Of a stretch of DNA of 64,000 bases, positions 1-9,126 are shown piece by piece; position 1 is the first letter of the stretch; the number at the start of each line of letters is the position of its first letter. Below the pieces are notes generated by a model, which was not told the DNA's origin, ran no database searches, and worked only from the letters and a program-made list of their open reading frames with translations. The stretch comes from Pirellulales bacterium (GTDB taxonomy: Bacteria; Planctomycetota; Planctomycetia; Pirellulales; JALHPA01), in assembly GCA_963829655.1 (NCBI GenBank), contig CAWHJG010000002.1, forward strand, positions 5,616,917 to 5,680,916, read 5' to 3'. A program made the position numbers and the translations under genes.

Positions 1-243
1 GCGAATAGCACGTCGGTCTGGTCGAAGAGCACCATGTCCGTAAGGGGACCGCCCATGTACACGTGCGAGCCGCCGTTAACACCGGTAATGTTGTGAAGGA
101 TCTGCTCTTTACCGTCATGCATGTACTCGTCAATCGCATGCGCCTCCGAGCCACTGTCGCCGTCGGGGTCCTTGTCGCGCATGATGAGACGATCGAACAT
201 GTCGTAGTAATAGGCGATCCGTCGCGTCACGGTGCCGGTGGGG
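1..243 (-). CDS. RHS copy 1, 3' continuation (start of the RHS repeat-associated core); runs off the left edge
   Basis: The minus-strand frame reads PTGTVTRRIAYYYDMFDRLIMRDKDPDGD...HVYMGGPLTDMVLFDQTDVLFA. This is colinear with TGTVTRNITYQYDMLDRLIQRDKDPDGD...YMTGPIKDLVLFDQTDVLYA of copy 2. It joins the 130..6117 frame only through a 1-nt shift at the G-run 240-243 (CCCC on the coding strand). Confidence 0.75.
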
Positions 244-3200
244 CTCGTGCTGCTCGATGACCTGGTTGAGCCGATTGCGGAAGTCCCAGACGTATTCGGT
301 CGTCGCGCCAGTCGGGTTTCCGCTGACGAGAGTGATCCGCTTGGTGCGGTTCCCTTCGTCGTCGTACTCGTAGACGTATTTGGCATCATTGGTGAGCTGG
401 TTATTCGTGCCGGCCACCCAGTTCTGGTTGGTCACCCCGCCGCGAGAAACCGTATCCCGATTCCCGTTGTCGTCGTAGACGTAGGCTTCGTCGTTGGCGG
501 TCCCACTTCGCTCAGCGCCTGTGAGCTGTCCGGAATTGTCGTAACTGAACGTGGCATCCTCGTCGTTGATGCCCGAAGTCACAGTCGAGCTAAAGTCCAT
601 GCCGGTCATGCGATTCGCGGCATCCCAGGTATAGGTGTATCCGGCATACGTGGTTGTGCCGGCGGGGTTCTTATGCGTAAGGACTTTCACGCGTCCGGCA
701 CTATCGTACTCGTAGTCCGTGTCGAGGATGAGATTACTTCCGGTCAAGTCATTATATCGCTTGATCTCGGTCAACTGCCCGGCGGCGTTGTAGGCGAACT
801 TGGCTGACTTATCCAGCATCCAGGCCAGCCCCTCCTGCTTTGCGACCGTCATTCGGCCGAGGTTGTCGTATTCCCAATTGTCGACGATAAAATCTGGTGC
901 GGGATAGTATGGTGCACCGGGATCATACGAGAGGTTCCTTTCAGTGCGGCGGGAACCTAGGTCGTACTCGTTGATCATCGTGTAGAGGCGACCTGCCATC
1001 GTCCACTCGGTCTCCTCCAGCCGGCCCATCTCATCGAACACGTAGTCGTAGTTCCGTCCGGTGACGTAGCTGTCGTCAGCCGAGGTCATGTTGCCGGCCA
1101 AGTCGTAGCCGAACGTAAGCTCCCTGTCGGTGGCGCCTTGCTCCCACTTCTCCTTGGTCATGCGGCCCAGGTTGTCGTAGAACCATTCAGTCGCTTGTTC
1201 GTTGCGGTCTATTTTCTTAATCCGGTTGCCGGCCGCGTCGTAGTCGAACGTGCGATAATCGTTGAGTTGGTTCGTCTCCCGGATTACGCGGTTGAGATTG
1301 TCATGCAGAAATGTCGTCGTATTGGCTTCCGAATCCGTGATTTTCCAGAGGTTTCCGACCGCGTCAAAGATGAACGAAGTTCCCACGCTGGTGCCGGCGT
1401 GGGCGGCGTCGATCGTCATGACCTCGCGGTTGAGTCGGTCATAACGGTGCTCGGTGGTAAGGAACGTGTCTGGAGTTCCGACGGTGACACGCTGTTTCTC
1501 ATAGCGCAGATTGCTGTTGGCGTCGTACTCGTAGACGGTCTTCGCAGGAATAAGCGACGATCCGCCGTCGGGGTCTGGCAGTGTTATGGCGATCGTGCGG
1601 CCCCAGCGGTCATATTCGATTGTCGTCGTCTGGTTGAGTACATCGATGGTGCTTGTTACCTGGTCGCCGCTGTTGAATACCGTCTCGCTCGTCGGACCGA
1701 CTTCGAGGATGCGGATCTTGGCGGCCACGGCGCCCTGGCTGAGCCTGACCGTGAAACTACTGTTGGTGAGATTGAAGACGCCCAGGCGGGACCAACCTAC
1801 CGCGGGATTGTCGGTTGGTATGGTTAAGTCGGGTAGATAATCCTTCTGGTTGACTTCGAAAACCCCCAGACTCGTCGTGCCGTTGAGCACTTCAAACCGA
1901 GCATTGGTTGTGTTCGATCCGCCGGCGGTCCAGTTAACCAGTATCTGATACTTCAGGTTATTGCCGCTTGAAGGGGTGAATACCCAATCGGATCCGCTGG
2001 TAGCGCTAGTGTTGGTGACACTGATCAAAGAGCCGTCGGGCTTGGGCTGAATGACGTGCGTTTGGCGGCCGAGCTTGTCGTAATGCTGGTAAACGACATT
2101 GCCAAGTGGATCCTTCGTGAACGCGACTTGGCCGTTGGCGTTGTAGGCTGCTTTGACGGTCACGTCCGTGTCCGGATAGGTCACTTGACTTGCGCGACCG
2201 GCTGGCTCGTATGTGTAGCTTGTGACCCGGTCAAGTGGATCGACGCTGCTTATCATCTGGCCGGCGGCATCGTACCGTGTTTCAGATACTGGACCCGCCT
2301 CAACGAAGTAGACGGCGTCCGCGATCACGGTCCCGTTGGCGTTGTCCGAAAGCCGCACTTTGAACTTGTCGTAACCATCGGGCAGAGCAAATGCTCCCAG
2401 GCGGCGCCAGCGGTTGTTCGATGCATCGATGAAGTCTTCGGGCAATGATTGTTGATTGACATACACCGTGCCGATCGAAACGTCAGTCGACGTGTTGGAC
2501 TTGAAGATTTCAAACGGCGCGTTGGTGGCTTCACCGGTGAGTGAACCGGGCCATGTGACATAGACCTGGTACTTCTTCTCGTCGGTGAGCGTAGCCGAAG
2601 TCCAAGTATAGGTGTTGCTCCCGCTGCCGGCAGAATGAGACAGGCTGCCGCCGCTATAGCCGGAACCGACTGTGGTCCAGCCAGAGGCGCTGCCGTTGTC
2701 AACTGGGCCAGGCGGACTTGACGGTGTTATGGCGGGTGGGTGGATTACAAGTGTTTGCCCGCCGATCTGGTCATAGTCGAAGTAGGTAGTGTTGCCGCGT
2801 GGATCGGTCGTGCCTGTGACCTGACCTAACTCGTTGTACGCGGTTGTCGTGTAGGCGCCGATTTCAACCAGCCGCACGGCATCAGCAATGACACGATGGT
2901 TCGAGTCGGCAATGTCCGAGCGGACCCGAACTTTGATAGTCGTCGTGTCCGGCTTGATTACCATGAAGCGCTGCCAATCAACGCCCAATGCGTTGCCCGA
3001 GCCGGGCCGAGCTTGTTGATTCACGCGGAAAACACCCTCAGAAGTGGTGTTGTCCAAAACCTCGTAAGGTGCATCAGTGGCATTCGCCACGCCACCGATC
3101 CAACCGGGATTGTGGGCCCAGGTGGCGAGCACCTCGTAGGTCTTGGTCGTGTTGACTGTAAAGCTCCATTCGACGTAGTTGCTAGCCGAGTCCGGGCCGC

Positions 3201-6117
3201 GATAGCTAAATGTGCCGCCATAGCCAGTGGTTGTGAGCAAGGACCAATTCGTTCCAAAAGTCGCTTGTCCAGCGACGTTATCTTTGACGATGTCGTCAGG
3301 GACGACCGATGGATCAGCGACCGGAGAGATTGCTAACGTCTGACGGCCAGCCTGGTCGTACCCATACCTCGTGCTTTGCTTCAGGGCGTCTTCGCTGCTA
3401 GTTAACTCGCCAGCGTCGTTATAGTTGTTTTTGATGGACCTCGGACCGAACTCAACGATGCGTACAGCGTCTGCCTGTGTGCCAACGACCGCCTGAACGG
3501 TAACTTGCGAAGAAAGACCGAGCAGATTGTCGTAAACCCCCAACACTTCCCACCAGCGTCCATCTTCGTCCACGTAGTCATCGGGGCTGAATCGCTGCTC
3601 AACAAACCGATCCGTCAACAGCTGGCTGCCGTAGTCATAAACTTTGTAACGACCGCTAATGCTGCCCGTCTGAGGCACCCACGTGGTCATCACCGCGAAG
3701 GTACGGCCGTTCGGGCTGGTGGGCAACGGCAACGTCCACGATATGTCGGAGCCGCTTGAAGTTGAGAGCAAATAACTGCCGCCGTACGCGCGAGCGTCAC
3801 TGTACTCGGTCCATCCCGTGGGTGGTGATCCGTGGTCCACTGGTGCCGGCCGGTGCGGGGTAATTGAGGTATCGGGAACCGGTTGATGGACCTCCGTCAG
3901 TCGACCACGGGAATCGTAGAGATAGAAGGTATCGGACCCTGCGGCGTCGACTGTAGTCAGTACGTCGCCGGCCTTGTTGTAAGTCGTTTTTGTGAAGGAG
4001 CCGACTTCAACGGCTCTCACCGCGTCGGCCACCACTCGCTTCGTTGCATCACCAGCGTCGCCGCGCAAGCGAACCTTGATTGTGCCCGTCGTGGGCGTAA
4101 TCACCATGAGCCGCTGCCAATCGACACCAAGTCCATTGTCCGACGAAGGAGCGCGTTGTTGGTTGACGCGAATGAGTCCTTTGGAAGTTGTGTTGTCGAA
4201 GACTTGGTACGGCGCATCGATGGCGTTGGCATCGTCCGCAACCCAAGTGGTTAGTATCTCGTAAGTTTTTCCAGCAGTGACCGACAGCGACCACTCCACG
4301 TAATCCGACGAGCTACCGCCCGACTTGTGATGATAATTGTTGCTATAGCCACCGGTCGCTGCGGTCCAGGCGCCTTCGTTCGGCGAATACGTTGCCTGGC
4401 CAGATTGGTCGTTACCAAGAACATCAATTGGATTGGTAACGCTGGGATCGGCGATAGGTAAGAGCACCAGATCCTGATTCCCGCGAGCGTCGTAGCCATA
4501 CTTTGTGGTGTAGCCCAGCTCGTTGACAGTGCTCGTGATTTCGCCGGCGGCATTGTAGTTCGTGGTCGTGTATGCGCCGGCCTCAACTACTCGTATCGCA
4601 TCGGCGATGACTTGGCCATTGGTGCTGGTACCTAGTTTGACTTTGAGCGTGGTGTATCCCGAAAAGAATCCGAGGCGCTCCCAAACATCTCCGCCTCCGG
4701 CTCCCGTTGATTCGTCATTAGGGGAAACCTTTTGATTTGCTCGCGAGGTATAGAGCACCGTTTCGGTCGAACCGACGATGCCAATGACGGAATAAGGGGC
4801 ATCGATTGCATTGGCGACATTTGCTTGCCATGTCGCATAGACGTGATACTTCGTGGCGGCATCAAGCGAGCTGAACGTCCAACTGGCGTAGTCCGTTCCC
4901 GTGCTGGCAGCGTGTTGGTAGTGATCCCCAGAGTGGCCGGCGGTCGTCACTTCGGTCCAACCAGTTGTGGATTTGGCGAACCCGCTATCTTCATCGTCGA
5001 TCTTCGTGCTTGTGGGCGTCGTGGTTGGCGATTGAACTACGTGTTTTTGTCGGCCAAGTTGGTCGTACTCGTACCACGTCGAATTCCCCAGTGCGTCGAT
5101 CTGTCGCAGGACCTGACCATCCGCGTAATATTCCGTCCTTGTAAATGGAGCCGGCAATGGACCGCTACCATCTGGATCCGGCAATGTTACGCGAATCTGA
5201 CGACTCTGTTCGTCATAGGCAAACGTTGTCGTTCGCTGTAAAGCGTCGGCCGTCGATATCACGTTTCCGCGACTGTCGTAAGTGTGCTTGACTGTTGGCC
5301 CGACTTCGACAATTCGCACCGCGTCGGCGACCATGCGGCCATCTGTCCCATGATTGAGCGTCACGGTCAAAGTCGACGATCCACCAAACACTCCCAAGCG
5401 GTCCCACGCAGTGCCGCCAATCGTTTCGTCCACCGGTGAGAATCGCTGGTTGACATTGATTGTTTGAGAAACCGAGGAATCCTGGTTCGTTACCGTGTAT
5501 GGCGAATTGGGCGCATTCGACGTCGCGTGCGCCACCCAAGTAGCAAACACCTCGTAGTTCTTCTTGGAGTCCAAACCTGAAAACGTCCAGCTTGCGTAGT
5601 CGGTGCCGCTCGTCGCTGGGTCGTAGTAATGGTCGCCCGAGTGTCCGCTGCTTTCGACCTGCGTCCATCCGCTGGACGATTTAGCAAAGTCTGTGTCTTC
5701 GTCGTCGATCGTGCGTGTGTAAGGTGTGGAGTGGTCCGGCCGCGGCGAGATCTCGTACAGCAATTGGCCCGCTGCGTCGTAGACATATCGAGTCAAATTT
5801 CCCAGTGCATCGGTCATCTTGATGCGATTGCCACCCATGTCGTATTCATAGGTTGTAACTGGCGCCGGCAACGGCCCGTTTCCGTCTGGATCGGGATCGG
5901 TTCGCTTCATGAGCTGAACCAGTCCCTTGTTGTATTCGTACTCGGTTTTTCGACCTAGCTCATCCGTTTCGGAGTTTGTGAAGCCGCAACCGCAGATGTC
6001 GGATTGTGTAAACGTTTCCTCAGGCGTGCCATAATTAATGATGGTCTTCTTGATCTGACCATCCTTGGCATATTCATATTTGGTTCGACGTCCAAAAGGA
6101 TCCGTTACGTATTCCAC
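130..6117 (-). CDS. RHS/YD-repeat protein copy 1, central part (YD repeats plus seven lectin-like modules)
   Basis: 1995-aa ORF with dozens of YD repeats (YxYDxxGNxxxxxDxxG), PDPDGxGPLPAPxT linkers and a recurring ~130-aa module ending in ADAVRxVE. The frame stays open upstream of the listed ATG to ~6545. The last ~40 listed residues (HRHRDATD...) are out of frame. Confidence 0.9.
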   Translation of the reverse strand: MEYVTDPFGRRTKYEYAKDGQIKKTIINYGTPEETFTQSDICGCGFTNSETDELGRKTEYEYNKGLVQLMKRTDPDPDGNGPLPAPVTTYEYDMGGNRIKMTDALGNLTRYVYDAAGQLLYEISPRPDHSTPYTRTIDDEDTDFAKSSSGWTQVESSGHSGDHYYDPATSGTDYASWTFSGLDSKKNYEVFATWVAHATSNAPNSPYTVTNQDSSVSQTINVNQRFSPVDETIGGTAWDRLGVFGGSSTLTVTLNHGTDGRMVADAVRIVEVGPTVKHTYDSRGNVISTADALQRTTTFAYDEQSRQIRVTLPDPDGSGPLPAPFTRTEYYADGQVLRQIDALGNSTWYEYDQLGRQKHVVQSPTTTPTSTKIDDEDSGFAKSTTGWTEVTTAGHSGDHYQHAASTGTDYASWTFSSLDAATKYHVYATWQANVANAIDAPYSVIGIVGSTETVLYTSRANQKVSPNDESTGAGGGDVWERLGFFSGYTTLKVKLGTSTNGQVIADAIRVVEAGAYTTTNYNAAGEITSTVNELGYTTKYGYDARGNQDLVLLPIADPSVTNPIDVLGNDQSGQATYSPNEGAWTAATGGYSNNYHHKSGGSSSDYVEWSLSVTAGKTYEILTTWVADDANAIDAPYQVFDNTTSKGLIRVNQQRAPSSDNGLGVDWQRLMVITPTTGTIKVRLRGDAGDATKRVVADAVRAVEVGSFTKTTYNKAGDVLTTVDAAGSDTFYLYDSRGRLTEVHQPVPDTSITPHRPAPVDHGSPPTGWTEYSDARAYGGSYLLSTSSGSDISWTLPLPTSPNGRTFAVMTTWVPQTGSISGRYKVYDYGSQLLTDRFVEQRFSPDDYVDEDGRWWEVLGVYDNLLGLSSQVTVQAVVGTQADAVRIVEFGPRSIKNNYNDAGELTSSEDALKQSTRYGYDQAGRQTLAISPVADPSVVPDDIVKDNVAGQATFGTNWSLLTTTGYGGTFSYRGPDSASNYVEWSFTVNTTKTYEVLATWAHNPGWIGGVANATDAPYEVLDNTTSEGVFRVNQQARPGSGNALGVDWQRFMVIKPDTTTIKVRVRSDIADSNHRVIADAVRLVEIGAYTTTAYNELGQVTGTTDPRGNTTYFDYDQIGGQTLVIHPPAITPSSPPGPVDNGSASGWTTVGSGYSGGSLSHSAGSGSNTYTWTSATLTDEKKYQVYVTWPGSLTGEATNAPFEIFKSNTSTDVSIGTVYVNQQSLPEDFIDASNNRWRRLGAFALPDGYDKFKVRLSDNANGTVIADAVYFVEAGPVSETRYDAAGQMISSVDPLDRVTSYTYEPAGRASQVTYPDTDVTVKAAYNANGQVAFTKDPLGNVVYQHYDKLGRQTHVIQPKPDGSLISVTNTSATSGSDWVFTPSSGNNLKYQILVNWTAGGSNTTNARFEVLNGTTSLGVFEVNQKDYLPDLTIPTDNPAVGWSRLGVFNLTNSSFTVRLSQGAVAAKIRILEVGPTSETVFNSGDQVTSTIDVLNQTTTIEYDRWGRTIAITLPDPDGGSSLIPAKTVYEYDANSNLRYEKQRVTVGTPDTFLTTEHRYDRLNREVMTIDAAHAGTSVGTSFIFDAVGNLWKITDSEANTTTFLHDNLNRVIRETNQLNDYRTFDYDAAGNRIKKIDRNEQATEWFYDNLGRMTKEKWEQGATDRELTFGYDLAGNMTSADDSYVTGRNYDYVFDEMGRLEETEWTMAGRLYTMINEYDLGSRRTERNLSYDPGAPYYPAPDFIVDNWEYDNLGRMTVAKQEGLAWMLDKSAKFAYNAAGQLTEIKRYNDLTGSNLILDTDYEYDSAGRVKVLTHKNPAGTTTYAGYTYTWDAANRMTGMDFSSTVTSGINDEDATFSYDNSGQLTGAERSGTANDEAYVYDDNGNRDTVSRGGVTNQNWVAGTNNQLTNDAKYVYEYDDEGNRTKRITLVSGNPTGATTEYVWDFRNRLNQVIEQHEPHRHRDATDRLLLRHVRSSHHARQGPRRRQWLGGACD
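1697..5700 (-). repeat. Array of seven intragenic lectin-like (golvesin/Xly CBD-like) modules in RHS copy 1
   Basis: Modules lie at ~5305-5700, 4583-4990, 4013-4400, 3448-3830, 2862-3260, 2299-2700 and 1697-2010 (the last is degenerate). Each starts near GWT.../G(Y/H)(S/G)G and ends ...(I/V)ADAVRxVE. Spacing of the module ends is ~565-720 bp. Confidence 0.75.
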
Positions 6118-8675
6118 GAGCCCGCCCGGAGGCAGGCTAGTCGGGCTCGTCCCGTCGTGATTCTGGGTAGGCGTCGTGGTGTACGTGTACTTGGTGAGGA
6201 TGTCGTCGTACTCCGCAAAGTAACGATCATCCCGGCCGACAACCTCGCGCTGGGTGAGGACTTTCCCGAGCGTGTGCGGACTGCTTGGGTTGAGGTCGAG
6301 CTCGTAGATGGTGATTCGGCCAGCTGGATCGACATACTGAGTGACCGCGTTATATGTCGTGTTGTACGTCCAACCTTCTTCCGAGAGGATCGTGCCCGAT
6401 GAGCTCTTAACGACCTTGCGAGTGATGTTGTGATTGCTATCGCGCGTGTACTCGATGCGATCCAGCGCCGCATCGATACCATCCTCGCTCTTGCTGACCA
6501 GCTCACCGTCATCGCTGCGCAGAGCACCGTTCGCCCAAGTAAGTCCTCGCCGAGGATGTAGCGACCAAAGTGGTCAGTCTGATACAGCGTGCTCAGGATG
6601 GATTGGCCGGCGGCATCACTGCGAACTTCCTGAAAACCCTTTAGTCCGTCTGGGTCGCTGGCCACAATCAACGGATCGATATCTAGGCCGTTGGTATCCT
6701 GCTCTTTGAGCCGGTCAATTTCGAGGAATTCCTCAGCAAATAGCGAATTTCGCATGCGTGTCGGTTGCATGCCCTCATACTTCAAGATGCTGCCATCGAA
6801 GTTATCTTTGATCTCCTTCAGGCCTTTGGTGTCATCGTAGTAGTCGAACTCTCGGACTCGGTCTTTGGGATGAGCGGAGGGAACGCTTGTAATTAACGTG
6901 AGCAAGTCGTAATCTTCTGGATTCTGCAAGATTCGGTGCTCGCGCATGCTCTTCATGTAGCCAGCCGTACCCGTTGTTCCGGGTGCTTCGTACTCAAAGC
7001 TCATCTGGCGGGTCTTCCCGTCGGTTCCACCTGGTACGTTGATTAATGCCAGGAAACCTTCGACGACTTTAAACTCGGTCGTGCCCACAACGTCGGTTTC
7101 GTTGTCAAACATTCGCTTCATGGCCGACAACTTGCCGTTGGTGTCGTATTCCAATTCGATCTTGTTATTCGTCTTATTCTTAACCCAGGTGTAGACGCCG
7201 CCGCTTTCGACGTAGAACGTCTTGTTCCCTTGTATGTCCATCCGATAGTCAAGGAATCCATTCGGCTTGAAGCGAGTTGTGTTTCCGTGTTTGTCCTTGA
7301 ATTCATAGTATTGCGTTGAACCACCGGCCTTGGTTTCGACTAGGTCGCCATAGTCTGGCTTACCCATTGGGCGCCGGTAGTAAGTCAGGTCATCCACTGT
7401 GGAATACTTTTCGAACCACAGGGCGTTGCCGATCCCTTCTTCGAGCAGAATCCCGTCGCTTGATTGAGCCGTATGTAATCGGTCCAGGCCTTTAACGCCC
7501 CATCCGTTGCCGAACGGGCTTTGTTGGCGATTCACAACCAGCCGAGTCCCACCGAAGACGTCGTATATTGGCTCAGAAGTGCCGTAGGCATTGCGCGGCA
7601 CGAACTCTTCTTCCTCGTTGAAATCACCGTAATGCAATTTGACCGTCCACGACTTCCTTCCAGTTGGCGCATTGGACAGATTGCTAGAAATTCGGTCCTG
7701 TAGGGTCAATGATAACTTTGTGGCCGCCGTCCATGGATCGGTGTAGTCGAAGTACTCCTTGTTGGTCGTGAAACTGCCTAAACCACCATCGATCGTCCAG
7801 GTCACTTCCACTGTGCTCGGCGCATCGGCGAACCTGGATAATCCGAACTTCGGCGTAAATGCTGAATCAGTGTCCTTTTTCGACCAGTACACGAGCTCCG
7901 CGCAACCGCAGTCGACCAACGCGCCGCCCGACCCGGTCAATGGTGCAAACTTGGTGCTTGCAGTGAGCCCACCGCACCCACAGTCTTCGTCCGAGTGGTC
8001 ATCCGGAAGGTGGTCACCCGGCTCCTCGGGCTCATCGTCGATAATCTCATTTTCCCAAGGCTGCAGATCGGTGATCACGGCCCAAACGTGATCCTTGTCT
8101 TGGTCAAAATTCAAAGTTTCCGAACTCAACTCATCTGGATCGACATCAGTGATTTGGAAGTAGAATGGCTCGTCGCCTTCGAATGAAAAATCTTCTGATG
8201 GCTCGATATAGAGAATACCGTAGCCAGATGAGCCTTGTGGAATTGTTAAGGGGTCCGATGCGTCGTTAATCTCTTGGATGCTGAATTGACTGACCGGATA
8301 CGGCTGAAACCATAGCTTGTAGTCATCACCCAGGTCTGCAAGGCCCCCAACCGTATAGCTAACTGTTACCGCGGCAGCGAGCGGAGTCGGAGGTTCGGGA
8401 TTTTCGATTTCAATTCGCCCCAACCGAACCATCGCGGTCGCGGTCTCTGCGACTGGCGTGGGCAGTTGGTACTCACTCGATTGGCGATCGGCAATATCCA
8501 GTGACGGCTTCCCTTCTTCAATCGACACTGAATACGCGAACGCTAATCGCTGTTCAAGTTGCTCAACCAGCGGTTGGCGACCAAAAAACCTGCTTCGGTC
8601 CGATCGCCGCGTGACTGAACCTCGACGATTGCGCCGCCGTGATTTAAATGCGTAAGATCCTTTGAGAATCTCCAT
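6105..8675 (-). CDS. RHS copy 1, N-terminal part (arginine-rich LEQRL N-terminus, Calx-beta-like region, SpvB/TcB-like GxGW region, first YD repeats)
   Basis: 856-aa ORF. It is protein-like from 8675 down to ~6545 (...YQTDHFGRYILGEDL), then becomes arginine/serine-rich nonsense. The sensible continuation (TWANGALRSDDGELVSKSEDGIDAALDRIEYTRDSNH...) is in the frame of 130..6117. AAGGAG lies upstream of the ATG at 8675. Confidence 0.85.
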   Translation of the reverse strand: MEILKGSYAFKSRRRNRRGSVTRRSDRSRFFGRQPLVEQLEQRLAFAYSVSIEEGKPSLDIADRQSSEYQLPTPVAETATAMVRLGRIEIENPEPPTPLAAAVTVSYTVGGLADLGDDYKLWFQPYPVSQFSIQEINDASDPLTIPQGSSGYGILYIEPSEDFSFEGDEPFYFQITDVDPDELSSETLNFDQDKDHVWAVITDLQPWENEIIDDEPEEPGDHLPDDHSDEDCGCGGLTASTKFAPLTGSGGALVDCGCAELVYWSKKDTDSAFTPKFGLSRFADAPSTVEVTWTIDGGLGSFTTNKEYFDYTDPWTAATKLSLTLQDRISSNLSNAPTGRKSWTVKLHYGDFNEEEEFVPRNAYGTSEPIYDVFGGTRLVVNRQQSPFGNGWGVKGLDRLHTAQSSDGILLEEGIGNALWFEKYSTVDDLTYYRRPMGKPDYGDLVETKAGGSTQYYEFKDKHGNTTRFKPNGFLDYRMDIQGNKTFYVESGGVYTWVKNKTNNKIELEYDTNGKLSAMKRMFDNETDVVGTTEFKVVEGFLALINVPGGTDGKTRQMSFEYEAPGTTGTAGYMKSMREHRILQNPEDYDLLTLITSVPSAHPKDRVREFDYYDDTKGLKEIKDNFDGSILKYEGMQPTRMRNSLFAEEFLEIDRLKEQDTNGLDIDPLIVASDPDGLKGFQEVRSDAAGQSILSTLYQTDHFGRYILGEDLLGRTVLCAAMTVSWSARARMVSMRRWIASSTRAIAITTSLARSLRAHRARSSRKKVGRTTRHITRSLSMSIQLAESPSTSSTSTQAVRTRSGKSSPSARLSAGMIVTLRSTTTSSPSTRTPRRLPRITTGRARLACLRAGSWNT

Positions 8676-9126
8676 CGCAGCTCTCCTTAATGTTGGGCGA
8701 ACTTGCTTTCAATCGCACCACATTGCATCGATCGACAATGTTCAGAAATGGGCGCACAACACGACCTCCACTGCGTCGGCTCGTCGCAAAGCCAAGCCGC
8801 GGCAGCACTCACACCGAAATAAAACGGCTAAAGATAGCTTCCTGAAGCCCCTGGCTTTAAGCCACGCCGCATCGTGCCGTCAGAGATGCTCTTGCCAGAT
8901 CAGAGTTGTGCGCGAGCGAACGCGACTCAATGTGCCACTCATTCCGTTTGCGCCAGTCGCGGCACTGTAGCAAGTCGTTGTCTGAAGTGCAACAATTCTG
9001 TTGCGGTTCCACGCGGAATTTTTCAAAGAATTTGCGTGCCGATTTCAATCCTTGAGATCGCGTTAACTAATCGCTCAGAACCGTAACAAATCGCGCTAGC
9101 GTCGGTCGTCACAGAGCGTTCATCAA

